Positions 43,466-58,150 are shown, numbered from the stretch's first letter. The stretch: DNA of 64,000 bases from Octopus vulgaris (GCA_951406725.2 OX597816.1:169260001-169324000), one strand, 5' to 3'. Notes: generated from the letters alone by a model not told the origin. Translations and numbers: made by a program.

Positions 43466-43555
43466 AAAGGAACCTGAAGACGTGTTGGTAGAATTATAAA
43501 TCTGATGGTTACAGATATTCTGATCTTCCAATACAGAAACACGTGTAGTTCCTTT
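43466..43555 (+). ncRNA. Type I hammerhead ribozyme in PLE 3' region
   Basis: aaaggaac CTGAAGA c gtgttgg...ccaatac a GAAAC ACGT GTA gttccttt. Confidence 0.82.
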
Positions 43556-43929
43556 CTAATTATAATTTTAACTCAAGTAAGGGCTAATTAAGGTAGCATA
43601 TTTATACCCTGCTATTGTACAGGTTTTATTTCTTGATATGCATATAAATACCACGGGTTTTTCATCATAAATACTCGTTATGTTCTTTTTGCGTTATATG
43701 AAATGGAATACCCACAAATCTATTGATTAAAATCCCAATAACTGAACTATTATTATTATATTATATATTTTCTATATTTCTATATAAATATACATAAATA
43801 TATTATAATAATGACCCCACTGCACGATTAGTTGATGTGGAATACACGGTATGTATTCTTTATATTAAAATGCACCTAATGCTAAATGGTATGCACCTGA
43901 TCGATTTGGAAATTCATATTCCCACATTA

Positions 43930-43981
<52 letters not shown>

Positions 43982-44065
43982 ATCTGTGTGCGTATATATA
44001 TATATATATATAACATAATCTGTGTGCGTACAATATATATATATATATATATATAATCTGTGTGC

Positions 44066-44107
<42 letters not shown>

Positions 44108-44885
44108 TATATACATATATATATATATTGTATGTGTGTATATATACATAAGTCCACATATACACGTATTAATGCATACGCATACACACGAATATATTTA
44201 TATTTCTTCATATATTTTGAGAAATATTTATATTTAAAAGACGGTTAAGCGTGGAAGTATACTTTGTCACCGTTAGTTATATCGGGACATTTGCATGCCT
44301 ACACTAATTATAATTAACTATAATCAAATTTCTTGGTGCTTATGCGCAATAATGAAAAACATAGTCAGGAGAGACAACTCGGGTACTGAGGGAGTACACA
44401 CCTCCGTGTGCTATGCAGCAGCGAACCGGTGAACAAACAAAACATATAGATAGAGTATGTGAGGTCAGTAATGTTTACAACATTAACGCCGCTTTTAATT
44501 CGCTATTGAATTTAGCCTTACGTATGCATAGCCGCAGTATGCGAGCAAATAACTTTCACACCATTTATATGTAGTCGTGGATTGGTGAATCGATGCGATT
44601 CCAGTTCGATTCGGGTACGTGATGTTTATAAAGGCTTATCATAAGCGAAATATCGGTATCCATCAATCCTGAATGGGATCGAAAGCGAGTTGTCTCCGTT
44701 GTCTACGACTTTCATGTGTTTCATCACCCTGCGTAATGAGGGAGTCGTCTCCTAGGCGTTATGCCACAGCGAACCGGTGAACAAACAAAGTACATGTATT
44801 GATTAGGTGTGGTCAATAATGTTAATAAACATTCAATAACGAATTTAAATGCTCTAAATTCGTAATCGAATATCCCATTGCTATA

Positions 44886-45111
44886 AGCGTAGGCGTGGCT
44901 GTGTGGTAAGAAGCTTGCTTCCCAACTACATGGTTTTTGGTTCAGTCTCAGTGCATGGAACCTTGGCCAAGTGTCTTCTACTGTAGCCTCAGGCCGACCA
45001 AAGCCTTGGGATTGGTTTGGTAGATGGAAATTGAAAGAAGCTCGTCGTATGTATGTATGTATGTATGTATGTATGTATGTATGTATGTATGTATGTATGT
45101 ATGTATGTATG

Positions 45112-45186
<75 letters not shown>

Positions 45187-45450
45187 TCATATATATATAT
45201 CTGTATATATTTACGTGTGTGTGCCTTTGTGTCTGTTATTGTCTCCCCTCTTCACTTGGCAACCGATGTTGGCGTGTTTACGTGCCCGTAAGTTTGCGGT
45301 TGAGCAAAAGAAACCGATAGAATAAGTACTAGGTTTACAAAGAATAAGACCTGGAGTTGATTTGTTCGGCTAAAAATGAAACCCTTTAATGCAGTGCTCC
45401 AGCATGGCCACGACCACATGACTGAATCATGTAAAAGAATAAAAGGATAA
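44886..45450 (+). mobile_element. Bipartite tRNA-SINE
   Basis: Matches consensus with expanded internal microsatellite. Confidence 0.85.
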
Positions 45451-45529
45451 GAAAGCTTATAATACACGCGATCACTTAATCGATCAGAGTATCTGATGTT
45501 TTATTGATCGCTGGTCACATTTTCGCTTT

Positions 45530-45760
45530 GCATCATTTTAGCTTTCGAATGATGCAACGCTACTGGCTAGTGAGTGGGTCAACATTTCTGCTGATCGGAA
45601 GGCCAGTCTGTTGCAGGGTTGGCCATTTACAGCTGAGTGGACTGGAGCAACATGGAATGGTGTTTTGCTCAGGAACACAACGCATAGCCGGTCAAAGACT
45701 CGAAACCTCGAGCTCCTTATTGCGAGTGCAACATGCCTAACCAGTAGGCCACATGGCTTC
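45530..45760 (-). mobile_element. Old head-B tRNA-SINE
   Basis: Minus strand TGTTGCTCCAGTCCACTCAGCTGTAAATGG..CTGCAACAGACTGG. Confidence 0.65.
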
Positions 45761-48700
45761 ACACACACGCGTGCGCGCGCACACACACATACGCCTTTAT
45801 ATACATACACACACACATATACTGGGCTTTAATCCTGACATAATTTTTCTCTCCCCGTTTTTTCCCTCTCTCTCTCCATTTTCCCTCCCATTCCTTTGTC
45901 GATAAGCGTAGATTCGAAACATTAAACACTTTTCTATTCTTCTTGAGGCTCAAACTATTACACCTGCTTGTTGTTCCCTCACCTGCCTTCTTTGTCCTTT
46001 CTCTACTGTCCTTTTGAACCATATATATGCAGGGCTTTCAGGTTAAATTTTTTGTCCCCTTTTTTCTGGAACAGCTTGATGTATTGGTGAACAGTCAACG
46101 ACGTTGGAGAGCATAAAAATTAAAGTAATAGTGGAGAAAATGCTAACTGATAAGGGGGAGTAGAAGCCATATCTATGCTTATTTGTACTTGACTGCTGTG
46201 CAATCATTCTCTTTATATCTCGCTTTTACTCTCTCTATCTCTGATGTAAAGCGTAACTGGAGAAACCAACCAACCAACCAGCCAACCAACATTTATATCG
46301 GCTGTTATCGGTGACTGAACTTTGACGAAATGACAGTTCCATTTGAGCGTATATGCCATGCGCTATTCTTCTTCAGGGATTTCTGAGTTCTAATCCTGTT
46401 AAATTTAGCTTTACTTTTCATGTTTCGGGTCGATAAAACAATATTAGCGTTCGACAATTTGTGTTGCATATTTACAATTACATATACAAGGCCTAGAAAG
46501 AAGTCAATGAGAGAAACGCTACGCGGTCACTCAACGTCTCGGAAATAATCGCTGGTTCTCCAGTAAATCTTGCCCGACCGCCTTAAATAATAGAAAGGCA
46601 TACTGGATAAAATTGTAATAAACATACTATATCTGAAAAGGATAGACGGGATAATCACAGCTGGAACGTCGTTATGATAGTCTGCTTGATCAGAAGCGAC
46701 CTGGACTAAGCAACAACAAGATAAGTGGAGCTGGCTGAAAGTAAGGTTTTGTCGAAAATACTTCAAAAATCATTGACTAAATTTTCATTGCGGTGACAAA
46801 CTTTCGATTTCCGACGTAAATAGCTATGAAAACAGTGTTGCTGTAGAATGGCCATAAACGCCAACGGCGAATAAGTAAAAAGAATGCAAGCATAAATAAT
46901 GAAATATATTTAGGACTTAATGGCTTATGTTACTTAAAATGACTATAGACAAAAATATTTCACTTTTCATTTGATGAATGATCAATATAATGAAATATAC
47001 TTATTCGCATAAAATATAGTTTTAATGTGTAAACGAAACTTAAAGGGATATACCTCAAGCTGTCAGCTGTACAGTGAGTTCGTCTATTGACCTTACTGCA
47101 ATTTCGAAGTTTTTAAACCCTCGTAAAGATTCATTAAATCCCATTTGTCATGATGTTGTTGAGAAACAAACATATATCAATAAATGAAAATACTTTTAAG
47201 CTCACATGGTAGCATGTATATTTGGTTATTGATCGTTATATTTGGTTATTACAACTGAAAAGATATTACAAATAAACAAACATCAAGAAACTTTTAAAAA
47301 TCAATACATAAAATATATTTGCATTAAAAATAGAAAAACCAGAACAAAATATATAGTCTTGTTACAAAATGAAAATCAGTACGATAGATTCCAGGTTCAC
47401 AGCAGCACTTGTATATTATTTATGCCTGGAGTAGACAGACTTTTAAAATGTTATTTGTTTTACCTTGTGAAGATGCATTAATAATTTCTTAATAGTTGTC
47501 AAATAGGCAAATCAGCATGCGGTCGCAGAAAGTGAGAGGTATTTTTTATATGGCTACAAATTATGGCTTCTTAATATCATTGTGATCAGGTATGAACGAA
47601 CTGCGATGAACGGTTAAAAAAAATTAATACAGAAGCGCAATAAGTTCATGCTGTGCTATCGAGAATTGAGTTATATTCACTCTCTTCTCGCTTCCCGAAT
47701 TTCATTCCGCAATATAACTTTTTGCTTTAAACATATAGAAATATTTCGATGTCCTGAAAGTTTTTCAATTTTCATTCAGACTGTGTATCACTAAATCTTA
47801 TTAAACGCTACTTTATGTGGTTAATGCAGTAGAGCAACACATTAATTCTCAGCAATGAATGATACTGTTCGAAGTTATTTCTGTTTCTTGACACAACCTA
47901 TGTCACTTGGAAAGGCATCAACATCATAAAATCTAATTTCTTATTTTGTAAACTCAAAAGGAAACTACATGCTATCCATTATGCAAACATGACTATCTTC
48001 TCTCTTGGTGTAGAACACAATTGAATTTTAGTATAAGTTATTGCTATATAGTGAAACTGTACACCCCTCCCGGTAAAAAGTGGTAGTAACCAGCCATTAT
48101 AAATAGACCAGTAGCCGGTCGACAGGGAGAAGGTCAGGAAAGTCGAGAGTACGCGTAGACTGTGTTGATAGTCGTGTCTGCGCTGATGTAGTAATTCTAC
48201 TGTGATACTGAGCGGCCGTTATATAAATCCAATCTTTTAAGGATGATAACACTGTACGAGTGGGGGTCGTACAGTGCCAGATAGAAATACTCTATCGACG
48301 ACTTCGGAATATAACAATATCTGTCAGAGCAACAACCGTCATCAAAAGAAAGATACAACAGTGACGACAAAAGGCCGCTTTACAAGTTATTTACTTTTTG
48401 CAGTGATTGATTGCAGAAGTTAAGAAGTTTGATTACGCATAGACGTTATCTATCGTAAAATATCTGCACAAATAGTTATAGCTAATTCTATCTAATAATT
48501 GACATCTGCAATTTGGTTCCAAGTAAAATTCCATAAATGTTATAATTCCATAATCAGAGTAGTGGCAGTCAAATATTATTTTTCAATCCGAAGAAGGCAG
48601 ACATAAGAATAGATATATATAAGTGCCGTGATACTGGAAGGTGCAGAGGACAGTTTCATGGGTTGGGGCGGAGAAAGAGAAGACAAAAATAAGGGAAAAG

Positions 48701-48809
48701 AGGGCAAGGAATTGAAAAGGAAGGAAATAAAGGAAGACAAAGAACAAAATGTTCGAAGGATGATGAGGAAACGAAAGGAGAGGTAGTGGAAACAAAACAT
48801 GGGTGACCT

Positions 48810-49100
48810 CGTAAAACTCCGAGTCAGGAGATGCTTCAGATCCCAGTTAAATTATTTGCACTCTACAAAGCCCAACTGAGTCCCACAATAGCATCTCGTA
48901 CAACGAGGTATCAAATCCTAACTACTGTTATTGGTTTTTCCCAGCGCTCCGCATCTTCTGTCAGCGTAAGCAATGAAGTTCACCAATGTCTCCATTATTG
49001 CTCAAACGGAAAAGTTGTGCCATGCACCGCTGAAAAAAAACAACTTTACATAACTGATCGGAATGGAGCAGTAAACACCCATCTTGTGGAAGGTATTCAG
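48810..49100 (+). pseudogene. Possible CR1/Jockey-like LINE RT C-terminal remnant
   Basis: LFALYKAQLSPTI resembles the LYKAQIRP motif. Confidence 0.35.
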
Positions 49101-49174
49101 GTGAAGGAAACCTTGCTACTGTTATTGCTTTCACCCCTAGTGTTATTATTGTTACTTGGTCAGCCTGTAATGAC

Positions 49175-49660
49175 ATGCATAAGATCTGGTCATCAAATCT
49201 AAGTAGAGACTTCAAACTTGAAATCTTCAAAGCCACAGTCGAACCAATTCTACTGTATGGCTCAGAAACCTGGACGTTATCAAAGAAGCTTGAGAGGCGG
49301 TTGGATGGAACCTACACTCGCCTCCTTATGAGAGCTCAAAATCTCTCGTGGAAGCGCCATCCAACCAAAATGCAAATATATGGGAAACTACCACCTGTGT
49401 CATCTCTTGTGAAAGGTAGGAGAGTTCAGTTTGCTGGACATTGTTGTAGAGCTGAAAAAGAGGTAATTTCTACTCTTCTCCTCTGGAAGCCATCTACTCG
49501 CAATGTCAGAGGGCGCACACTCTCCTACTCTGATGTAATCTCCAGGGATACAGGCATCCATCAGCAGGACCTCCGTAATGCCATGATGGACCGTGAAGTC
49601 TGGCGTAGCATGGTAAATTCCATTGTCTCGACCACGGTCGAACAATGATGACGATGATGT
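49175..49660 (+). mobile_element. RTE/RTE-X LINE 3' end with intact reading frame
   Basis: IWSS..KLEIFKATVEPILLYGSETWTL..RVQFAGHC..AMMDREVWR; (TGA)n tail. Confidence 0.9.
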
Positions 49661-50185
49661 TGAAGTAGCTGCTGCGTTTACTACCGTTGCTGCTACTACC
49701 GTTGTTAATCTCTATTACCGCTGCTACTGATACTCCCGCTGTTGTCTTTGCTACCATTACTCCCGCTGCTGTCTTCGCTTTTGTTAATCTAGTAACATAA
49801 GTTGTTACTGTTACTGTCATTTGCTGCTATAGCAGCGGTGCAATTTTTTTTAAACTCTGAACTTCCAAAGTTCCATGAGCAGAGTAAAAGGAGGAACTTT
49901 GATACGTACTGCATTTGCTTTTGAGAGTCATCTTCTAGCTCTTACTTTCTTTTGATGGTTATGGAAACCGATATCACTCTTGTAAAAATATAATTTTTGA
50001 TACAAAATTCAGAAAATTTTCCTGCAAATTGCCACATCAAAGAGACAAGATACTAACGAAAATCTAACAATTTGCAGTTATTAATACATATAGAAGAGTT
50101 AACAAACACACGATCAATTTGATAGGCGCCTTTCTGACACGAACATAATGATGATGATGATGACGAGGAGGAAGATGAAGATGAA

Positions 50186-50224
<39 letters not shown>

Positions 50225-50303
50225 AATAATAATAATAATAATAATAATAATATTAATAATAATAATAATGATGATGATGATGATGATGATGATAATGATG
50301 ATG

Positions 50304-50358
<55 letters not shown>

Positions 50359-50359
<1 letters not shown>

Positions 50360-50912
50360 CTGATGCAGTACCAGGCAGTGGCTCTCATGGCTTCTGATCT
50401 TAATTGATTGGAAGTGTTATCATGTACATTGTTTTGTCTTGGTATAAAAGATGGGCTACAGCAAATATTCTGCTCAATACCACAGATTTGCTTGTCAGTT
50501 GTTTGACCTTAACCAGTTGAGCATGTCCCTTAGTGGCTGACGATATGTGCATCTCTGATCACGAGCAGAAGTAGTGGGGGAGCATCATAGCCATGTGTTG
50601 AGAAGGATTCTTTGGGGTTTGCATAATTCACCTCTGGAAACATGGGTGTTTCGTTCAACGTCCTTAAATAACCCTTATTCAGGGACCTTTTGAGCGGGAT
50701 GGGTTACTCGATCTGAAGAAAATTCTAACTGGGCTCCACCTGCAAGGTCATGTGCTGTTTATCTTGATATGAGATCACCATGTCGCGCACATATGGTTGT
50801 GATGCATGTGCCTGGTGTACCCTTATCAGACGGGTAGTCATGATGGGTATACTGGGCTTCGTATATTTTACCCCAGTGTCACTTTGATGGCATGCTCTGC
50901 TCGCTCACTCAA
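50359..50912 (+). mobile_element. Non-coding insertion within an (AAT)n tract (probable non-LTR 3' UTR)
   Basis: Unique-looking 550 bp bounded by AAT repeats. Confidence 0.4.
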
Positions 50913-50930
50913 TAATAATAATAATAATAA

Positions 50931-51236
50931 AGCTATCTAACTCAGATACCAGGAAACCCCAAAATGGCAGAAATTCAAAAGATAGTGCTCATGGGAACTG
51001 CTCATATCCTACGCAAAATACTCTCTATGTAATCCCAAGCTTTAAAACAAATTTAAAAAAAAAAATTTATGTATTAGACATTCACTAGTACAACACCAAA
51101 AAAAAAAAAAAAAAACCCAAATATATGGCACACTAGGCATAACAACAACGTGAACTTCCAACCTGTTGTCTCTTGAGGTCTCTGGGTGAGACTTGGAGCC
51201 AACTTGTACAGACATAAAGCAAAAGTCAAACATAGA
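50931..51236 (+). mobile_element. Dong/R4-clade non-LTR 3' end in (TAA)n
   Basis: QIPGNPKMAEIQKIVLMGTAHILRKILSM* is a typical R4/Dong C-terminus; (AAT)n both sides. Confidence 0.8.
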
Positions 51237-51266
51237 ATAATAATAATGATAATAATGATGATGATG

Positions 51267-51321
<55 letters not shown>

Positions 51322-52274
51322 TAATAATAATAATAATAATAATCATCATCATCATCATCATCAACAACATCATCAAAATCGAGATATCCGATGAAAATCT
51401 AGTGAATGTAGTTTGTTATTTCCAACTCGCATTTTCTTCATACATGGGCTGGAAAACTCTGCTTTCATTGTAATTACCTGGTAACATTCGAACTCTGTTT
51501 CTGCACAAAAAACGACACCCAAAATTATGTGGTACAAGCTAATGCTGTGAGACGTGACGGTATTGACATTAGTTATTTGATGCTTAATATCAAGTCAATC
51601 CTGTCAGAGTTGTTTGATGAGCGAAGTCATTGCAGACCTTTACCACCCACTCTCTCTCCCTCTTTTTTATCCTTTTTGCCTTGGTAAGGGATCCTGGATC
51701 TTGGACTATGTCATCGTTTGTGCTCATTATGGATGTGATTTGAAGATGAAAGAACCTACTTCTCTTGAGTCAATCGCATAAAAATCATTTCCGTGATCGG
51801 AACATTCTTTATTTGTTCGTGTTTTAGGCGTTTAAACCTAGTATATCAATACTGGCTCATCGTACTCATATTAGAAATAATTTCTTATATAGCTACAGAT
51901 CATAACTTTCTGCATTAAATCGACTCCACTACTTGACTGGTGCTTTATCTTATCGATACTCGAAGAGTGAAAGATAAATGCTGACTTTGGTGAGGTTTGT
52001 ATTTAGAATGAAAGGAGCCTGAACAAATACTGTGAAACTATTGTCAATGAATCAACTCGCGAGAATCGAAGTTATAAGAAACAAGTATTACTGTTTATAT
52101 TCGTGTTTCACATGCAGTGCTAACGATAATAATGATTTCTAAAATAAACAGGAGAACGCATATTTCAAGGAAGGCGGTAAAGTGGACTAAGTTTACTCCC
52201 GAAATGCCTAATTACCTTCGGAGGGATGACAGCTGGGATTTACTCGTAGAAAATCTAGATTTTTAATTAATAAA

Positions 52275-52495
52275 CTCTTTTACTCTTTTACTTGTTTCAG
52301 TCATTTGACTGTGGCCATGCTGGAGCACCGCCTTTAGTCGAGAAAATCGACCCCAGGACTTATTCTTTGTAAGCCTAGTACTTATTCTATCGGGGTCTTA
52401 GGCCGAACCGCTAAGTTACTGGGACGTAAACACACCAGCATTGGTTGTCAAGCGATGTTAGTGGGGGGGGGGGACAAACACAGACACACAAACAT

Positions 52496-52567
<72 letters not shown>

Positions 52568-52730
52568 GACAGGCTTCTTTCAGTTTCCGTCTACGAGATC
52601 CACTCACAAGGCTTTGGTCGACCCGAGGCTATAGTAGAAGACACTTGCCCAAAGTGCCACGCAGTGGGACTGAACCCGGGACCATGTGGCTGGTAAGCAA
52701 GCTACTTACCACACAGTCACTTCTACGCCT
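52275..52730 (-). mobile_element. Bipartite tRNA-SINE
   Basis: Matches consensus. Confidence 0.9.
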
Positions 52731-54515
52731 AGTATTTTTTGTATTTCTCTCGCTGTTTTCTGTAGTACTTTCCTTATGATCTTTTCTGTGCAATACATAT
52801 ATTGCACACCCAGTGTGATGAATATCATCAACGTTTTTCATGATGAGAGATATCAATCAATCACTGAAATACCCTTGAGGTATTTTGTTGGGTTTCGTGT
52901 ATTGCAACAATGTAGTAAAATTCTCAAAGTGGATGCAAGACTTGAAATTTTGAAGAAGGAGTTTATTCGATTAAATCGACTCTAGTGCGTGACTGGTCCT
53001 TTATTAATTCCGGAGGGACAAAAAGTAAAGTTAACCTGGGCAGAATTAGAGTTCAGAATGTAAAGAACCGGATCAAATATCGTAATGCATTTTGTCCGGC
53101 GTTCTAATGATTCAGCTAATCCTTTCACAAAGAAGTTTTGTACCATACTGAATAGTGCGGTGAAGTATAGAACATGAAGTGGTTCCAATTTTATTTTTTA
53201 TTTTTCAAAGTAATGGTTTGACCTAGTCGTTAAAATATCAGATAAAATTACTTGGAGTATTAATTGGGGACTTTTACCTTCTGAGTACAAATCGAGTGAC
53301 GTTTGTCATTGTTATTCATAATTCTGGGATCTATAGAATAAGTACCTGTCACAAACCAGGGTCGTTATAATCGGTTATATCACAATTCCAAATTGAGTGT
53401 CTTATACTTTTGTTAGAAATAAGCAGCTTTCATTCTTCAAACGAGTGCAAGTTTGTCACTTCATGGGTGTTTTATATTTCCACTATTTAGTATATTTTCA
53501 TAGCAATTGTTTAATCTGTTCTATTACTTAAAGTCTTAAAACTATGCCTTTTATTGCATTGTGATTGGAACGTTAATAAATTGTCATTGCTGCATTTGTT
53601 GTTTATGGCTGTCAGTCCCAGATATGAACAATGATTAAAGACCATTTAGTCTTTATTCAAATTTGGTGTATATAGAATATTGTTATTCAAAACATTCTTT
53701 CTTTATTCTTGAATATTGGATTGTACTTCTTGCTGGTTAAATGCGTTCCAAATGTGATCATCTCGTTATTTATTCAGATATAGTGTATCCAGAAATAAGT
53801 TAACCAATATACTTTCCACATAGAACAGTGGGTAGAGGGCATGGTTAGGGGGCGATTTTACTGCTATTTCCAGCAAATCGAGCGACCACGTAGAGACAGA
53901 TTTTCTCGTGGATTCGTTGCTACATTGGCTGTTTGTTGTAGTTGTTGTTGTCTTCATCTTCTTTAGCATCATTGTATTTTGTGGTTTGTTAGTAAATACG
54001 GCACTGAAACAATCAACAGAGTTAGACAATGCTAGTTTGTCGATTAAACGAGTTTTATTCTTCACAACAAACAATGTATGTATATTGAAGGAAACAAAAA
54101 ACTCTTATAAACACACACATACACTTAGGACAAAAGAAAAAAAAAGCGTTGTTACACATGATTGTTATTGTTATGAATATTGTAAATGTGATCAATATCA
54201 TTATCAATATATTTCTTTGGATTTCCTTTGCAATTCAAAGACTTTGTAGATTGATCCAAATTTACGTACTTAATGCATTTATTTTACCTTTTAGCATCTC
54301 TCTCTCCTTGTGCTGTCGCTCTCCCTAGCTCTCTCCCTCGCTCTTTCTTTTTCATTTTATCTATCATTCTCTGTATATACATTAATCTCTTAAATTGTCT
54401 TTCTCCTATATCGCTCTCCGTGTTTCTACCACTTATTTCTTTATATATTGAGTACCTTTCTTGTTCGTTTGTAAACACAATCCACATACACAGACACAGA
54501 CACACACGCAGACAC

Positions 54516-54615
<100 letters not shown>

Positions 54616-54792
54616 TTATATATATGCCTACATATATATATATATACATTTATATATATATGTATACATATAAACACACACATATATCTATATATATATA
54701 TATATATATATATATGCTTATCTATATATATACATGAATATATACATATATACACAAATACATACACACACATATATTTGTATGTATGTATG

Positions 54793-54823
<31 letters not shown>

Positions 54824-55507
54824 GTATTTAATATATGTATGTATGTACAAATGTATGCATGTATGTATTCATGTATGTATGTATGTATGTATGTATGTAC
54901 AAATGTATGTATGTATGTATTCATGTATGTATGCATGCAAATATGTATGTATGTATGTATGTATGTATTCATGTATGTATGTATGTATGTGTGTGTGTGT
55001 ATGTATGTGTGTATGTATGTATGTATGTATGTATGTATGTATGTATGTATGTATGTATGCATGTATGTATGTATGCATGTTTGTGTGTGTATAAACATTG
55101 AAGTAGAGAGAGAAGGGGAAAGTAGAGAGGAGCGAAAGATGTGCCTGAATAAGTGGGTATACGTTATTTCTGTGGTGCTGCTCTGAATAGAAATGATTGA
55201 AATAAAGTAAAAAAAAAAAAAAGTTATGGATGCAGGAGTTGCCACAGTTACGAGAATTACGGCACAATATTTGTTTGTCTGCAAGGTGGACATTACAAGT
55301 AGGGTGAACTCATCATTGATTCTCTCATTCTATCAGCAGTCACCATGCGGGGATGGAGATGAGCGCAGCATTTGTTCACTTCCAGGTATCGTCATTATAA
55401 CTTTCTTTCCTAATCAGTCGTAATGTGCGTATTCACACCTCTCTATCGTTGCATGCTTTTTTTTATCATTAAATATACATACATTCACACACACACACAC
55501 ACACATG

Positions 55508-55646
<139 letters not shown>

Positions 55647-55789
55647 GTATATATATATTTATATATATATACATGCAAACATACAGATATAACGCATAAT
55701 TTATACATATTTATATACACACGAACATACTTATTAATGCTTGTGCGTATACCCACGCGCACGGATATATACAAGTCTATATATAAAAG

Positions 55790-55945
55790 AAGTGGCTGTG
55801 TGGTAATAAACTTGCTTCCCAATCACATGGTTCCGGGTTCAGTCCCACTGCATGGCACCTTGGGCATGTGTCTTCTGTTATATCCTTGGGCCGACTAAAG
55901 CCTTGTGAGTGGATTTGGTAGACGGTAACTGGAGGAAGCCCCGTC

Positions 55946-55989
<44 letters not shown>

Positions 55990-56110
55990 GTATGCATGTA
56001 CGTATCTATGTATCTATGTATGTATTTGCTTGTCTGTGTTTGTCCCCCCACCATCGCTTGACAACCGATGCTGGTGTGTTTACATTCCCGTAACTTAGCG
56101 GTTCGACAAA
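55790..56110 (+). mobile_element. Bipartite tRNA-SINE, 3'-truncated
   Basis: Matches consensus. Confidence 0.87.
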
Positions 56111-56331
56111 ATATATATGTATATATGAGCATGTACGAGATATTATAAGGGATATAATATGTCTGACACACACACACACACACACACATACAGACACGCA
56201 GTTCTCTTTTTGTCTCTCTATCCGCTTATCTTTATACAAAGACTTTGTCTAAGGTAATGCAACAGTAGATATAACTTTGATATTGACTGGCATAAATTAT
56301 GTATTTTGGTAGAGTAACTCTCTCTCTCTCC

Positions 56332-56397
<66 letters not shown>

Positions 56398-56399
56398 TT

Positions 56400-57520
56400 C
56401 AACTACAAGCGATGCAATTGCGTCATCGTCGAAACCAATACTTTTCTGTTTGAAAAATACTGGTGGTTACTTCTTAACCGCTACTTTAACTCATCTCTGT
56501 CATCAAATTTATATCTCCGAAAACTGACCTTTATTAGATCGAACTGATGCAAGATGGAGTGTGCCAGATCTGGGCTGTGAAGTGGATGAGGGATCGTTAA
56601 CCACCCAGTGTGCTGATTGTCTGAGTTGTTACCAAATGTGAATCATGGTGAATGCAAATAGATTTCAGATTCTTCCTTGGTCTGTTCCTCCTAATAGTTT
56701 CTCTAAGCTTTCCCTGTTCATAGTATAATCACATTCTAGAAAAATCAAGGAAAACGACGCCTTTGTCATCTTATTAATCAGTTATCATGATTTTCTCTGC
56801 CAATCGCTGGCTCTCGAGAAGAGATGTGACATCACCCTATGGAATGAACTTGCATTCGGCGAGCTGACAGAATCGTTTGCACACCGGCAAAAAAGCTTTT
56901 CGTTCATTACGTTCTGAGTTCGAATTCCGCCTAGGTCGACTTTGCCTTTCATCCTTTCGGGGTCGATAAATTAAGTACCAGTGAAACACTGGGGTCGATG
57001 TAATCGACTATACTCCTCAACCAAATTTCAGGCGTTGTGCCTTTAGTAGAAAAGATTATAAAGTTACGATCAGTCAATAAATCGGGGAGAAAAAATGAGT
57101 CTTTAAAGGCTCCGAAAGCGTCCAGCAGATCAGAACTGACATATACTCTTCTCTTTCTCAAATCGGGTGTCAACTGCCGAGGTACACACTTTACATATAC
57201 TTTCCAATATCCAGTCTTTCACAATGCATTGTAACCATAGTCCAATCGTGCAGCAGTTTCTCTGAATGTGACTCACCTGTACGCGCGAAACAATTATCCC
57301 TCTTTCCGGTGAATTGTCAGTCGTCGAAGTCGATGATCGCCAATTACTTGCTTTGTTGTCAATGCTGATTTCTCCTTTCAACTTCATTCATCTCTTTGCA
57401 ATGCTCTCGTTAATAATATTTTCATCTCGGTACACAACCTGTAGTCTTCTGTGGATGCTGGACAGCCTGCATCCCTCCTTCGTCAACAGCTCATTGGTAG
57501 CATGCTGCTGGCGCGTGTTT
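56400..57520 (-). pseudogene. Decayed mariner transposase interrupted by a SINE
   Basis: IHRRLQVVY, YWKVYVKCVPRQLTPD (WVPR-like), PLHSPDLA. Confidence 0.7.
56857..57060 (+). mobile_element. tRNA-SINE (GGCGAGCTG family)
   Basis: GAGTTCGAATTCCGCC..GTCGACTTTGCCTTTCATCCTTTCGGGGTCGATAAATTAAGTACCAG. Confidence 0.85.
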
Positions 57521-57569
57521 ACATATAGTATATATATATATGCATATGTAGTGTATATACATATGTTTG

Positions 57570-57669
<100 letters not shown>

Positions 57670-57757
57670 GTATATACACTTATATATACTCTTGTATATG
57701 TGTATTTTGTTTCATATTTATATTTGCATTTGTATATTTTTATAATTCTACTTTATA

Positions 57758-57883
57758 ATCTCTGACGAGGCCTTGAGATATATATATAAGTAACTCATTT
57801 TTAACTGCATATTACCTCAATACATCTGACTAACATAGGCACAATGAGATACCTTTATCTACAGGCTGAAACAGCTGTAAGAT
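57758..57883 (+). ncRNA. Type I hammerhead ribozyme with long stem II insert, in a TA-flanked fragment
   Basis: atct CTGACGA ggcct...aggct GAAAC AGCT GTA agat. Confidence 0.78.
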
Positions 57884-58060
57884 CCATTTTATGTGTATCA
57901 TTTTTATGGTATTATCTTACTTATTGATGTATATTGTTTTATTCTGTTGGATTTGGATGTTCCTATTTAAGTAGTTAATAAATAATATGAATTGGTATTA
58001 TCTGTAAGTCGATGATTGAAAGGAATCTGTTCCTCCATTTTCTTATTTGTATTATATATT

Positions 58061-58106
<46 letters not shown>

Positions 58107-58107
58107 C

Positions 58108-58150
<43 letters not shown>

